From contig NC_043008.1 in the NCBI RefSeq assembly GCF_006345805.1, forward strand, positions 42,718,001 to 42,782,000: DNA of 64,000 bases, in the 5' to 3' direction. Positions 40,587 to 54,571 of this stretch are shown one piece after another. The translations under genes were made by a program, and so were the position numbers. The notes beneath the pieces were generated by a model. That model saw only the letters and a list, made by a program, of their open reading frames with translations. It did not search any database and was not told the DNA's origin. This DNA is from Octopus sinensis (taxonomy: Eukaryota). The first letter of the stretch is position 1, and the number at the start of each line of letters is the position of its first letter.

Positions 40587-41719
40587 CTAACTTGTGAAAA
40601 ATTGCAATTCTGTATTCAGATTTGACATTTAAAGGGAAAAATCGTAAAATATAATATATTACTGTCAACGTCGTAAAACAGAGATAAAATATTCAAATAT
40701 TCAGGTTCCTGTTGACAAAATATGCTAATTAAAATCGTTATATTTTATATATATTTAGCTTAAATATGGAAGTATTTTCTGACAAGATAGAAATTCTAGA
40801 ATTACAATAACACAAAAATGTCACCGAAATCAGTTATAGTAGGAATGGAATTAGTGACAGTATGGCAAATTCCGAAGATCCAACTTTGGAATGGCTAAAA
40901 TATAGCTTTTTAAAGTTTTAATTATTTAACAAATGAATTCTTACTTAGAAGGAAAATTCAGTGCCGATATCACCTTTCAGGAATGAGTCCAAGAACTAAA
41001 TTGTTTGAAATCCGTGAACTGTTTAAAATAGATGCTAGAGAGTGCAAACTGTTAAAGTCACGTAAGATGAGGAACTAATTCTATCCGCTAGTTTCTGGCT
41101 ACGAAATATTTCTTTCAAAGATTTCATCAAACAGTATCCGTGATGGAAGGTGCGGCGGAGTCTTAAGAAGGCCATACAACATAGCTGCAAAGAAAACTTC
41201 TTAACTACTAAGTCCACAGTACGAGAAATTTGATCTTTTTAATGGCATCTACCTAAGAGCTAATGTTATATTCCAAAATGGTATCAAATAAACTGATGGA
41301 AATTATAGAGGAAATCGCAATGCCATTATCAAAAGACGATTCTTTGTTAGTCCAATGCTCTACTTTTCCAAGATGACAACGGAATACGGGATGAAAGACA
41401 AATCTATTAATTGATCAATACACAAATACATTTCGCCGAACATAAACGAACGAAATAAGGTCAATTCTGCTCAGGTGAGTAACATTATATCTTGCTGCAG
41501 CATTTCAATACAATAAGTAAATAAAACAGGTAGAATTACTGCAATAAAAAGCAACAAATTCGTCTTGTTTAATGATTTCACAAGTAGAACTGCTGTACTT
41601 TAAGCACGCAACGCATATTTGTATTTAACAAAGCTGTTGGGCAGAATAATGTCTGGAAAATTATTGTCCAGTAAATGTTGAATATATATATATCAATATA
41701 ATGGATACACAGATATTGA

Positions 41720-41913
41720 TTTCGAATTTCGGGGAGAGCGAGGTCTAATCGATGAGATCTCATCCAGTGCCATGTTGGTACTTATTTTATTGACACCGAA
41801 AGGATGAAAGGCAGATCGACCCCGGCGGAATTTGAACGCAGAACGTTAAGACCGATAAAATGCTGCTCAGTATTTTGCGCGGCCTGTTAACCATTCTCCC
41901 AGCTTGCCGCCTT
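41720..41913 (-). mobile_element. SINE family A
   Basis: Reverse-complement core ggtacttattttattgacaccgaaaggatgaaaggc and head cagcttgccgcc. Confidence 0.85.
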
Positions 41914-42330
41914 CGGATACACAGATTTTAAACATTGAAATGTTTTACTTTTTGAATAAAAGAATAATCCCATGATATCTATTCAGATCCTAACGCTTTC
42001 TTCCAATCACAAACTTACGAATACAATGTGTGTGTGTGGCTGTGTGTATGAGTCTGTAAATGTGTATATATACATACACATACTCACACACAACTACTCT
42101 CTCATTCTTTCCTCTCTATTTTATAGATTTTTAGAGAAACCTTTGAAGGGGGTCTACCTTCATTGAACATCATATCTCCAGGTGTGGCTTCTCTCGTTCG
42201 CTAATTAAAGCAACGTCCAATCAATTTAACGCCGTCAGACTTCACCTGCTGCTGTCGAGGAAATTCAACGGTCATTCGAATTCAATTTAATACATTCTTG
42301 CACTGGACACTTACATAAATGCGGAATATT

Positions 42331-42514
42331 CTTTTACTCTTTTACTGGTTTCAGTCATTTGACTGTGGCCATGCTGAAGCACCGCCTTTAGTCGAGCAAT
42401 TGGACCCTAGGACTTATTCTTTATAAGATTAGTACTTATTCTATCGGTCTCTTTTGCCGAACTGCTAAATTACGGGGACGTTAACACACCAGTATCGGTT
42501 ATCAAGCGATGTTG
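42331..42514 (-). mobile_element. SINE family B, 3' half
   Basis: gtttcagtcatttgactgtggccatgctgaagcaccgcctttagtcgagc. Confidence 0.88.
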
Positions 42515-42564
<50 letters not shown>

Positions 42565-42577
42565 TATAATAGTAATA

Positions 42578-42880
<303 letters not shown>

Positions 42881-43784
42881 CATAACTAGCAATTATGGCC
42901 TCGAAATATCAAAGACACGGTATGACCAAATCCTAGGAGTTACTGAGAAAGAGGATTGCAAAATCCTGTGGGATTCAGTGTGAGTCTACCTCATACGCAA
43001 ACCAGTCCTCTGTTCTCGTACCGAAGGTCTCATGGCGTTTCTGCATACTCAACAGGGCATTGCATCATCATGTTTCTGAAATCTGAGGTAGTTTTCCGAA
43101 TCGTATGCCCACTGAGACTCCAGCTACCCAACACCTTAACCTTGTCCACCTCAGAACTCTGTTTGCCGTCCTGTGTCTCAGATCTGATGACAAACAGCGG
43201 GTTAATACTATTTTTAGTACACCTGGCTGCCACCCTGTTTTGCTTTATTCCATATCAATTAGAAAGAAAGCATCGACAAGTAAATGATGTACCAGATCGA
43301 TCTATATCGCCACATTTTCTACTGTCTTGAAACCAGTCAGACACTACTGTATCATTTCCACTGAGAGACAGAAAAAAGATTCTCTATACGCTCTTTGGAG
43401 TACATAAAAAAAAAACTCATTACTTTTTATAGACATCTTCCCATTTCCCTTGTTCTTCTAAAAAAAAAAAATCTCACAAAGTAGGTTCCTACTCAACCAG
43501 TCGATACATGTTCAAGAATTGACAGTGACTGGCAGCAGGAGGAAAACTCTTTCGTTATTCATTTCGCATACATGTGCGTTTAATTTGCTGCTGTTGTTGC
43601 TGCTGCTGCTGCTTCTCTTGTTGTTGTTGTTACTTGTGTCTATGTCGTTTAATTGAGAATATGTTATCTTGCATTGCCACTTTGTTTCCGTTGATTCCTT
43701 TTTAAGGTCGTGTTCGTGTCTTCTAAGATAATTTCACAGTATTTCTATGGATGCGATCTATTCACTGATTTCTGTTACTGCGGT

Positions 43785-44130
43785 GTACAGCTGTTCTCTA
43801 CCAATGAACTAGGGTAACACTCCTTATTTTTCGAGCACCTTCCGGAGTATTCGAGCGGTTCCAAGCAGTGCTGTTTTCTGCAAGTGCTCCACCCTTATTG
43901 CAGCCCCTATTTTTTTCACGTACTTCTTGAGATTTTCCTCACTGATCCCAGAGCTCTGACAATTATTGGTACTACTACCACCTTTTTTTATCAACCGCAA
44001 CTGCTTAACTTCCCAAGCTAACCTGTCATATCACTCGACTTTTCTTTCTTCCTTATCGCATATATTGTTGTCAGCTGGGCCTGCTATTTTTATGATCCAG
44101 CTTAGTTTGTTTTCTTTCTCAATTAAGTCT
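43785..44130 (-). mobile_element. R4/Dong-like 5'-truncated copy (RLE domain)
   Basis: DLIEKENKLSWIIKIAGPADNNICDKEERKVE*YDRLAWEVK..KKVVVVPIIVRALG..HLQKTALLGTARILRKVLEK*. Confidence 0.85.
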
Positions 44131-44156
44131 ATTATTATTATTATTATTATTATTAT

Positions 44157-44247
<91 letters not shown>

Positions 44248-45400
44248 TTTCTTTTTGTCACAAGTTTTTTTGGGAACTCCCAGAGTCTTGCATGGGTAGC
44301 GGGCTCGCTACCAAGGCAAAACTTTTTTAACAGTCCTAATGGGCACTTTATTCCGATTTCCTTAATATTTCTCTTGATGCCTTCTGATACTATCCCCAAA
44401 GATACAACAATAATTGACCCTATCTTCACCTAGGCAATTTCATACTTAAGAGCGTTGTATTTATTTTCCTGTCTTCCATCTTGACTTTTCGTGGGTCAAA
44501 GGGATATGCAATATCAACTATAAATCACATGTGGTGAATCTTGTCCACCTCCACTAGGTCCAATCTGTTATGCTCCAGCACCTGATCTGTTTGGATTGGG
44601 AAATCCCAGAAGATTTTGCTAGTCTCCAACTCCACTACTCTCTACGGTTTTTGCTCATACGTCTCTACCCCCCCACACACACACACTATTCGCACAGTTT
44701 CCAATGTAGCGCTTTCGCCACAACTTGTAGTGGTTTGGGGTAAGTCTAGAGTTTTCGTTCATGATGTGGACAATGGTTTCGTCCACTCAATTACAAATGC
44801 CGCACAGCGGAGACACTTGTTCATTCCAAAGTTTGACCCTCCAGTTTTTGACCAAAGCTTAGTCTTGCGCTGACAGTATAGTGTTCTCATTCTCTTTTTC
44901 AGTGTTCCTTTCATCAGCCAATACCCCGCACCTATTTTTTCCAGCAACTTCTATTGTGGCTACATGGAATTGATTGTGTAGTCCCTTCTTGGTGTAATTC
45001 TTCTTCAAGTCCTTTTTATCTCCTTCCTTTGTTTTTCCTTGTTTCTCTGCGTTCAAAACTCCCTCATTCCTAACTATCTCTAGCAAGGTTTCCTTACTTT
45101 TGGACAGGTATTTCATTAAGCTCTCGAGTTCGATACGTACGCAGTCTTCCACACTTATCAGTCCCCTTCCTCCATTTGCTCTTTTCATGTATATGCGATC
45201 AATGACCACAGGTGGGTGATGGGCTCTAGGCATCATTAGGAGCTTTCTTGACTTGCTGTCCATCTCCTTTAGCTCCTCTTCTGTCCACTTCAGGATTCCA
45301 GCGCCATACTGAACTACTAAGTCTGCGCGCGAGTTTATTGCCGAAATTATGTTTCTGGCATTCAGCTTTGAATCCAATATTTTTCTCACTCGAAGCATCT
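44248..45400 (-). mobile_element. R4/Dong-like non-LTR retrotransposon, about 1.15 kb of degenerate ORF end (post-RT region, Zn knuckle, RLE)
   Basis: ORF 44859-45398 (INSRA..YGAGILKW..RIYMKRANGGRGLISVEDC), a degenerate CCHC knuckle (PLCGICN*VDETIVHI), RLE remnants AYPFDPRK..IKYNALKYEIA; several frameshifts. Confidence 0.88.
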
Positions 45401-45429
45401 ACACTTTCTTTCTTTTTTATTTCATATCG

Positions 45430-45622
45430 TTGTGTTTAATTACATCTATCACTTAAGAAATAATTGTTATCTTGATCTTCCACAGCATCCTGGTATTTCT
45501 CGATTTTTACATTTCTCATCGACTCTACTATCAATGAGGAATTGAAAAATCTATGATCTTGGAGTGTTTCCTTTATTTTAATCTCCATAATCATCTCTGG
45601 TCTTCTTGCTACAATAGCGTGG
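45430..45622 (-). mobile_element. Additional RLE fragment
   Basis: DHAIVARRPEMIM..VKIEKYQD fits the D..I.ARRPD / EKIEKYQDL pattern. Confidence 0.7.
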
Positions 45623-45633
45623 TCAGATTTTGC

Positions 45634-45693
<60 letters not shown>

Positions 45694-45732
45694 CATTATC
45701 ATCATCATCATCATCATCATCATTATTATTAA

Positions 45733-45822
<90 letters not shown>

Positions 45823-45837
45823 TATTATTATTATTAT

Positions 45838-45879
<42 letters not shown>

Positions 45880-45925
45880 ATTATTATCATCATCATCATC
45901 ATCGTCGTCGTGGTTGTTGTTGTAG
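45623..45925. repeat. Compound (TAT)/(CAT)/(TAG)/(CGT)/(TGT) trinucleotide array
   Basis: Direct. Confidence 0.95.
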
Positions 45926-46642
45926 TTAGGCGAACAGAATCATTAGAGTGAGGGATGAGGAATGGTGCCTTGGTGTAATACTCGTAGCTTTACTTCTATC
46001 CCTACCAATACCATACACAACACAATAACTGACAAAAACAAGAAATTAAAAACAACAAACAACAAAAGCACAGCCATAATGGTAACAATCAAGAATACGA
46101 TCAAAATCAAAATATAAAACAAAATCTATTTAAATAAAAAAAAGAGCAAAAAACGTAGAAGTAAAGATGCTATCTGGACATTAACAGTGTTTATAACAAT
46201 ATATCTATTGTAATAATAATGTTCGTAGACTTGTGTCTGCTTGTTGTTACGCCATTTTGATGTTCTTCATATCTGACTAAGATATCGAACTCGTATCGAT
46301 CCTGATGTGTAGCGATAATGTCTGGTGAATCGGACTCTCTTATTTGGAAAATGAGAAACCATTAAATCGGAAACGCATGGAATTTATGACAATAGATATC
46401 CAATATATTGTGCATACATATATATATAAAAATATGTATATGTATATATATATGTATATATATATATGTATGTATATATATATATATATAAATGTATATA
46501 TATATATACATACACATATATCTATGAATGTATGTATATATATATATATACGCACACATAAATATGCGTCTATCTATATATCTCTCTCTTCCTCTCTCTC
46601 TCTCTGTCTTTCTCTTTCTTTCTCTTTCTCTCTCTCTCTCTC

Positions 46643-46691
<49 letters not shown>

Positions 46692-46692
46692 A

Positions 46693-46797
<105 letters not shown>

Positions 46798-47405
46798 ATT
46801 ATATATATATATATATATATACACACACTTCTATGTGTCTTGTATGATAAACAAAACACCCAGGAAAAGAAAGAGTCCCCCACAACTCAAAGAAAAGAAA
46901 AGAAAATACACAAAGAACTAAGCCGTAATCCCAAGAAAACCGATCAACCAATAAAGTTAATGTGTGATAAGTAAGAATCGGACGTTTCAATAACACTTGA
47001 TGACAGCGATTATCTCGTAGTTTCTGTGACACCATTATTCTCTTCAAGAGTATCGGATTTGATGTAAGGAGTAATTTTTAAAGGCCTCTCAACCATTCAT
47101 TTTACACCTTAACTTGTTTGATCAAATATATCGACCAAACACAGCATTTATTCACACCAAAACCGATCTCGCCAGACGACATGGAATTGGCGGCAATATG
47201 TTTACACTGCATATTTTTTTCATTTTTATTTTTATTTTTGCATATTGGCTATTTCTCCTACGGTAACATTTGGTAAAGAATTAGTGTACTTTTATTAGAA
47301 GCATTTTTTTCCCCGTTTTGGGATTCAGCTGTTCAACAAGTCCATTACGAATCATTCCAATGTCAGTTCAACTTTTATATTAATTGTTATGATTATTATT
47401 ATTAT

Positions 47406-47447
<42 letters not shown>

Positions 47448-47460
47448 CAGTAGCAGCAGC

Positions 47461-47491
<31 letters not shown>

Positions 47492-47514
47492 TCAGTATTA
47501 TGAAGATTATTATT

Positions 47515-47845
47515 ACTCTTTTACCTGTTCCAGTCATTTGACTGTGGCCATGCTGGAGCACCGCCTTTAGTCGAGCAAATCGGCCCAAGGTTTTATTCTT
47601 TGAAGCCTTGTACTTTTTCTATCGGTCTCTTTTGCCGAACCGTTAAGTTACTGGGACGTAAACGCACCAGCATCGGATGTTAAAAGACGTTGGGGAACAA
47701 ACACAGACACACAAACATACACACATACATATATACACATATATACAACGAGCTTCTTACAGTTTCCGTCTACCAAATCCACTCACAAGGCTTTGGTCGG
47801 CCCGAGACTATAGTAAAAGACACTTCCCCATGGTGTCACATACTA
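47515..47845 (-). mobile_element. SINE family B lacking its extreme 5' head
   Basis: cagtcatttgactgtggccatgctggagcaccgcc...ccaaatccactcacaaggctttggtcggccc. Confidence 0.9.
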
Positions 47846-47908
47846 AAATTATAATAATAATTATTGTTATTGTTTTTATTATTATTATCATTATTATTAT
47901 TATTATTT

Positions 47909-47972
<64 letters not shown>

Positions 47973-47974
<2 letters not shown>

Positions 47975-48190
47975 AGGCGACGAGCTAGCAGCGTCGTTAG
48001 TATGACGAGTAAACTGCTTAGCAGCAGTGCATCCGTCTTTACATCCTGAGTTCAAATCTCACCAAGGTCGTGTTTGTCTTTTATCTATTCGGGTACCTTA
48101 AAACAAGTACCAGTTGAGTACTGAGGCCGACGTAATCAATTTAACTCATCTCCTGAGCTTTGTAGCCTTTTGTCAAAATATTTAAAACCT
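47973..48190 (+). mobile_element. SINE family A directly after (TAG)n
   Basis: taaggcgacgagctagcagcgtcgttag...gagttcaaatctc. Confidence 0.8.
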
Positions 48191-48409
48191 TCAACTTCGT
48201 TCCCATTTCTTACTGGGTGTCTTCTCGACACATAGGACAAAGAAACCTACTATACGCATTGATAGACCATTAAACTAAACGTGCGAGATGATTCATTCAC
48301 AAAATGAACCAAACTGCATCCCGATGCCATCACTGAATGCTTTCACAATGCATAATTGGCCTTCAAGCTCATCATTGTCTTTGACTTGTATTTTTTAAAG
48401 TCATGCCTA

Positions 48410-48435
48410 TTATTATTATTATTATTAGTAGTAGT

Positions 48436-48470
<35 letters not shown>

Positions 48471-48516
48471 ATAGTAGTACTAGTAGTAGTAGCAGCAGCA
48501 GCAACAGCAGCAGCAA

Positions 48517-48588
<72 letters not shown>

Positions 48589-48625
48589 CAGTAGTAGTAG
48601 TAGTACCATCATCATCATTATTATT
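48410..48625. repeat. Compound (TAT)/(TAG)/(CAG)/(CAT) array
   Basis: Direct. Confidence 0.95.
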
Positions 48626-49371
48626 TTTCCACTTCCGTTTGTCATGGAGTAAAATATTCACTCATTAGCGAAAATTGTGTCAAACACTATAACCAGCTCA
48701 GAATGCCCCCACCCCCACCACTGGACAGATGGACGTATGAATTTTGTACTCTTAGATCTCACAAGCAACACGTACCAAAAGAGAGAGAGAACTCTGAATT
48801 GAGGACCGGTTTGACTGTGAAATTATCTCCATAACAAACTGCAATGAAAAACTTTTTATGAGCTCAAATATCGCTCAGACATATTTGAACTGGTATGAAG
48901 TGTGTTTGTGTGTTTCAAATTACAATCTGCATATTCTTAAATATAATTATATTTACATAATACGTTATTTAATGATTATGCCACAAAACCGTAAACAGTT
49001 TTTTGTCGTAATTGAAATACAAATTGATGCATTTCCTTCATAACATCCACCCTTTTGTGGCAAGATGTTGGAGTGGAACAGTCGAAGCCATTAACATCAG
49101 AACTAGAATCATATGCGAAATCTTTGAGTTGTAACAGAGAACGTTTAAATCATGACTGCATAATGCGAAAACGGAAATCCCATATTATTGTATATAATAC
49201 TTCGACGGAAGTCACGCATTGTATTATGTGGTTGGAATTACATTACAGACGATATCCAATCTATAACATTTATAAAAATAGAGTTGAGAACCAGAAAGGC
49301 AAATCTTGTAAGCACAATTGTCTGAGTTGTCGAAAGTAGCGCAAATATTTCAAAATTCCAACCTCGTATAG

Positions 49372-49498
49372 GACACCTGGAGAGGATCCGATCGACAATG
49401 CATGATGATGATAGGAAGAAAGAGATAAACAGTTTAGAAAACAACACATTACACGAGAGTAGAGTATTGGTAAAATGGCTCTGGTTAAAATATAAAAG
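49372..49498 (+). CDS. Candidate 127-nt exon (xHLERIRSTMHDDDRKKEINSLENNTLHESRVLVKWLWLKYK)
   Basis: cctcgtatag| open frame |AAAG gtaaga. No recognisable domain. Confidence 0.2.
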
Positions 49499-49810
49499 GT
49501 AAGAATACGAGTGACAATTTCTCATAGACTCTCTGTACTCCTTATATAATTACGTATATACATTTAAGGCAGCGACATTACTATGATATACAAAACCAGG
49601 AAAAAGCTGCGTTGCATTTATTTAGTATTATTTGAAGAAGGCTATGGGCTGTAAAATCGTAGAATATTTTCTGCCCTCAACGATTTGTCGGTTGCATCAC
49701 TCTGTGATCAAACCCCGTGCAGGCCAAGTTTGTCTTGTGCGCTTTTGAGGACAACAAATGGCCATTCACAACGAAATCGACATTGTCATTCATTTAAGAA
49801 AAAAAAATTT

Positions 49811-50043
49811 ATACTTGTTTCAGTCATTTGACTGTGGACCATGCTGGAGCACCGTCTTTAATCAACGAAATAAACCCCAGGACTTATTCCTTGTAAGCTT
49901 AGTACTTATTTCTGAACCGATTAGTTACGGGCAAGTAAACACACAAACATCGGTTGCCAAGCGTACAAACACAGGCAAACAAATACACATAAACAGACGC
50001 GCGCACACATACACACACACACACACACATACATATATATATG

Positions 50044-50099
<56 letters not shown>

Positions 50100-50251
50100 G
50101 ACGGGCTTCTTCCAGTTTTTGTCTACCATATCCACTCGCTAGTGTTTGGTCGGCCCGAGGCTATAGTAGGATACATTTGCCCAAGGTGTCACGCTGTGGG
50201 TCTGAACTCGGAACTATGTGGTTGGGAAGCAGACTTTTTACCACACAGCCA
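49811..50251 (-). mobile_element. SINE family B, full length
   Basis: Both ends and the internal (CA)/(TA) tract are present. Confidence 0.9.
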
Positions 50252-50529
50252 AGCCTAATACACTTGTACATATTTTATTATTTCTAAATAAACTTCATGC
50301 AATTTCTGTTTGCTCGTGCAAGTCTTGTGCTGTCACGTGGTTCAGGAATCAAAAATTAATTAAATTTTGATTATAATATGTCATAATATATGTATAGGTG
50401 ATGCAATGCGTCACGCTGTGATATAGAATCTTCGAGTCGTTCTGGCAATGTGGGCGGGGTGCGGCAGAATCATTTCGTGATAATTTAATTTGTAGCTTCT
50501 TTCCAACTTAATGCTAAACGTGTGTGTGT

Positions 50530-50568
<39 letters not shown>

Positions 50569-51155
50569 TCATGATTATGAACCTCCATTCTGTCAGAAAA
50601 TTCTCCGGTTGTGACAATATATGAGAGGCAGGAGAGAGATATGTTTCATGGCCAAGCCGAGGATAAACATAATTACCTGTCCGTGTATCTCAAAATATGT
50701 GTATACACATATGTGTATATATGTGTATACAGGTGTGCGTGTCTGCGTACATAATTACATGGAGGACACTTGTGACAAAAAAAATCGGAAGATTTCAGCT
50801 GCAGAAGATAAATACCAAAAACAAAATAAATTAATAAAATAAAATTTTGAATCGCGTTTCAATTTGAAGAAAACGCTCCACACACAAAATTTAATAAAAT
50901 TAATAAATAAATTCATTTGTTTTCCACAAAATACAAATAGATTACACACTGATAAGCTAATTTGAATATTAGTGTAATTTCTAAATTTCTTTTTCTGCCA
51001 TCGTAAACTTGCAAAGTGTCAAATCGAAGCGTCTGTATTATATCAATTCAATCACACATACATACATACATACATACATACATACATACATACATACAAA
51101 CATACGCACACGCACGCACACACACACTCTACACACACGCACACGCGCGCACACA

Positions 51156-51189
<34 letters not shown>

Positions 51190-51916
51190 GGGGAATGTAT
51201 AGGAATGTTGTAGGAGAAATTTTGGCATGAGCGAAAGAAATATGAGCTAAGATTCTTGGAGGAGAATGGTGCTAACTCGAAGAGAAGCTTAAGAGACGTG
51301 ACCTACGACTCTGCTAAACGGAAAGTGGAGAAGAAAAATTGTTCAGATACAAACATATCTTCCGCCCCCCCCCCCCCACCCCGTTCGCTTTATAATGAGA
51401 AATCACTTCTCTTTCAACAATGGCGACCAGCATTTATTGTTTAAAAGTGTCGTCTTTTCAATATTATTTTATTCAATAGCGGGAAGAATGCATTGAATTA
51501 GCAATTAACAGTTTCAATTCAGTTAATTTTTAATAATCAAAATTACGTTTTATTGAAATATTTTGAATCAAGAGAAAGGAAAAAAGTAAAGAATTGCATG
51601 AATTCGTATCAATTGTTATGTTTTTCTCTTCGACAACCTCTACATCCGTATTCCACTGTTTATGCCGGCCTAAATATCTCGTCTAATCAAAAGTCTTTTC
51701 ACTAAAACACAAACGAAAGAAGTCGTAACATATTTCGTGTGTTGCTTTTTCGTTTACAGTTCGTTTTTACTCGCAGCCTTTAACAAAATCCTTTTCAATA
51801 TAACAGAAAAAGTACATCTTAAAGTTACACAATGGTGCTTATATAAACATTGAAAACACATACATTCTCAAACCAACGTGTATATAAAGAGGGATACATA
51901 TATGTTTATATATACA

Positions 51917-51982
<66 letters not shown>

Positions 51983-52075
51983 AGAAAAAGGAAATAGTAG
52001 TCTTTTAGCTGCTATTTCTAAAATTTTCGGTATGTGGTCAAGCAATTTGTTGCAAAACCCTTATTTTTATAATTA

Positions 52076-52206
<131 letters not shown>

Positions 52207-52220
52207 ATATACACATATAG

Positions 52221-52645
52221 ATAAGAACAGCGGTGGTAAGAATCTTTGGTTTCCAACGACATGGTTCCGGGTTCAGACCCACTGCGTGACACCTTGGGCA
52301 GGTGTCTTCTACTTTAGCTTCGGGCCTACCAAAGCCCTGTGAGTGGATTTGGTGGACGAAAACTGAAAGAAGCCCTCCTTTACGTGAGCGTGTGTGTGTG
52401 TGAGCGTGTATGTTTGTATGTGTGTGTGTGGAGGGGTATCTCTGCGTTTGTGCTTGTCCCCCCGCTATCGCTTGATAACCAATGTTGGTGTGTGTATGTC
52501 CCCGTAACCTAGCGGTTCAAAAAAAGGGACTGATGGAATAAGTACTCACCCTACAAAGAATAAGTCCTGGGGTCGATTTGTTCGACTGCAGGCGGTACTC
52601 CAGTATGGCCGCAGTAAAATTACCGACACAAGTAAAAGAGTGAAA

Positions 52646-52648
<3 letters not shown>
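52221..52648 (+). mobile_element. SINE family B, full length
   Basis: ggtggtaag...ggttccgggttcagaccc (B box), accttgggcaggtgtcttctac (CORE-like), 3' ccagtatggccgcag. Confidence 0.9.
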
Positions 52649-52683
<35 letters not shown>

Positions 52684-52769
52684 ATCATTGAGTGATAGCC
52701 GTATAGCGTACTTTCCATATGCTTATACATCCACACATATTTCTACACCTGCAGGCCTATAAATGTGTT

Positions 52770-52877
<108 letters not shown>

Positions 52878-53135
52878 ACCATACATACATATATATAAAC
52901 ATACATATATGTATTTTTATGTATAGATATATATAACTTTTATTGTTGAGAAATTCTATTAGATTAAGTTGAGACAAATTTGAATGTTTAGAATTTACGT
53001 AGCAGAGTAAAGCCAGTAAACACAGTAAAATTGTTTTTATTTTTGTTTTCTACACACTATAAATTTCTTTAAGTTTCTTGTAATTGGTAGCTGCGTGTGT
53101 GTGTGTGTGTGACAGAGAGAGAGAGAGAGAGAGAG

Positions 53136-53180
<45 letters not shown>

Positions 53181-54047
53181 GTGTATATTTAAAGAGGATA
53201 ATATTAAGTTCTCTCCTAAAGAGTGCAGTCAAGTGTTCCACTCGGCCTTTTTTGATTACGTGAAGAAAAGAAGAGACATCTCATAACTGAATATTCCAGT
53301 AGCCCTAATAATAAAATATTCCTTATTTACTTGGAACTTATTGTGAACCTAGAAAAGGCCACTGCAGCTGAGGACCGAACTCACGTCAATACAGTTTAGG
53401 GAATTCAATTAATCAATTGATAGGTCTAGAATTTGCAGAGAGACTAGTATAAAACAACAACGGAAATAGCTGCTGCATCTGTGTTGTATAGAGTGATTCC
53501 AAAACGATTGGGATTTAAGTCTAAATGTACTTCGCTGTTTAAGTGTAGGGTTCCGTTGTTAAAATACTAAGTGTCATTGTAAATAATTCTGATGTGTGTG
53601 GACCCATAGGCCCTACATTGCCATGAGGAGCGAAGGTTTTAGGAAGAGTTTTAAGCGAGTAAATTTATTTCGTATTGCGATCTGTAAGTATAATATTTTA
53701 ATACAGCCTCTTTATGGATCGGTTGACACTTGAAAATCGTTTCGACTTTGAATGATATTTGGATCAACCTACACTTGCGTGTCTCCCCAACCGCAAAAAT
53801 AAAGCAAAAATGAAAGAGAATTTAGTTGATTGACTAAAAATAACGCAACTATATTGTGTGACACATCACGTGATGCTCTTTGATACTGATGTTCTTGTTG
53901 CGTGCCGTTGAACGCTAGAATTATATCTAAATTTAGTGTAACGATACAAAACAAGTCTAACAGTTGCGATTTGTTGTAAACAACAAAATGGCTTCTTACA
54001 ATAACGTCACTGAGCTCAGTAAATGAGAGTATGTGTATATAGCTTCG

Positions 54048-54120
<73 letters not shown>

Positions 54121-54121
<1 letters not shown>

Positions 54122-54524
54122 AAAATATTAGGGAATAAATCCAAACTTACAGGGAAAAATCAGATTTAGGTTTGAATCCAATTTTATAGTAAAATATTAT
54201 ATTATATTAAATTAGAGATAAAACCACTATTAGGCAAACCAAACAATGAAAAACTTAAGCCAATACATAAAATTAATTAATATATATTATTTTAAATATA
54301 TATCAAAAGTATTAAAAGTTTAATAAAAGATAATGAGTAAAACACTACGATCGTTTCATGGCCGTCCAATTCTTAATAGTTCGAGTTATGGTTACAGTCA
54401 ATCTTCAGTCAAACTTTTAATACTTTTGATATATATTCGAAATAATATAAATTAATTAATTTTATGTATTGGCTTAAGTTTTTCATTGTATGATTTGCCT
54501 AATAGTGGTTTTATCTCTAATTTA

Positions 54525-54534
<10 letters not shown>
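54121..54534 (-). mobile_element. Penelope-like fragment with inverted terminal duplication and hammerhead-like motif
   Basis: Arms 54198-54321 and 54411-54534 (about 5 mismatches). On the minus strand the spacer reads CTGAAGA..GAAACGATCGTA. Confidence 0.65.

Positions 54535-54571
<37 letters not shown>

Noticed and set aside
41035-41189. Strong minus-strand acceptor ttttctttgcag followed by MLYGLLKTPPHLPSRILFDEIF
   Set aside because: No credible donor, and the phase-1 frame stops.
42950-43240. GC-elevated block with several open frames
   Set aside because: It begins with an RLE-like EDCKILWD remnant and the rest is unassignable; probably decayed TE sequence.
49055-49339. 94-aa ORF in unique sequence
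   Set aside because: TTG start, no domain, and within chance expectation.
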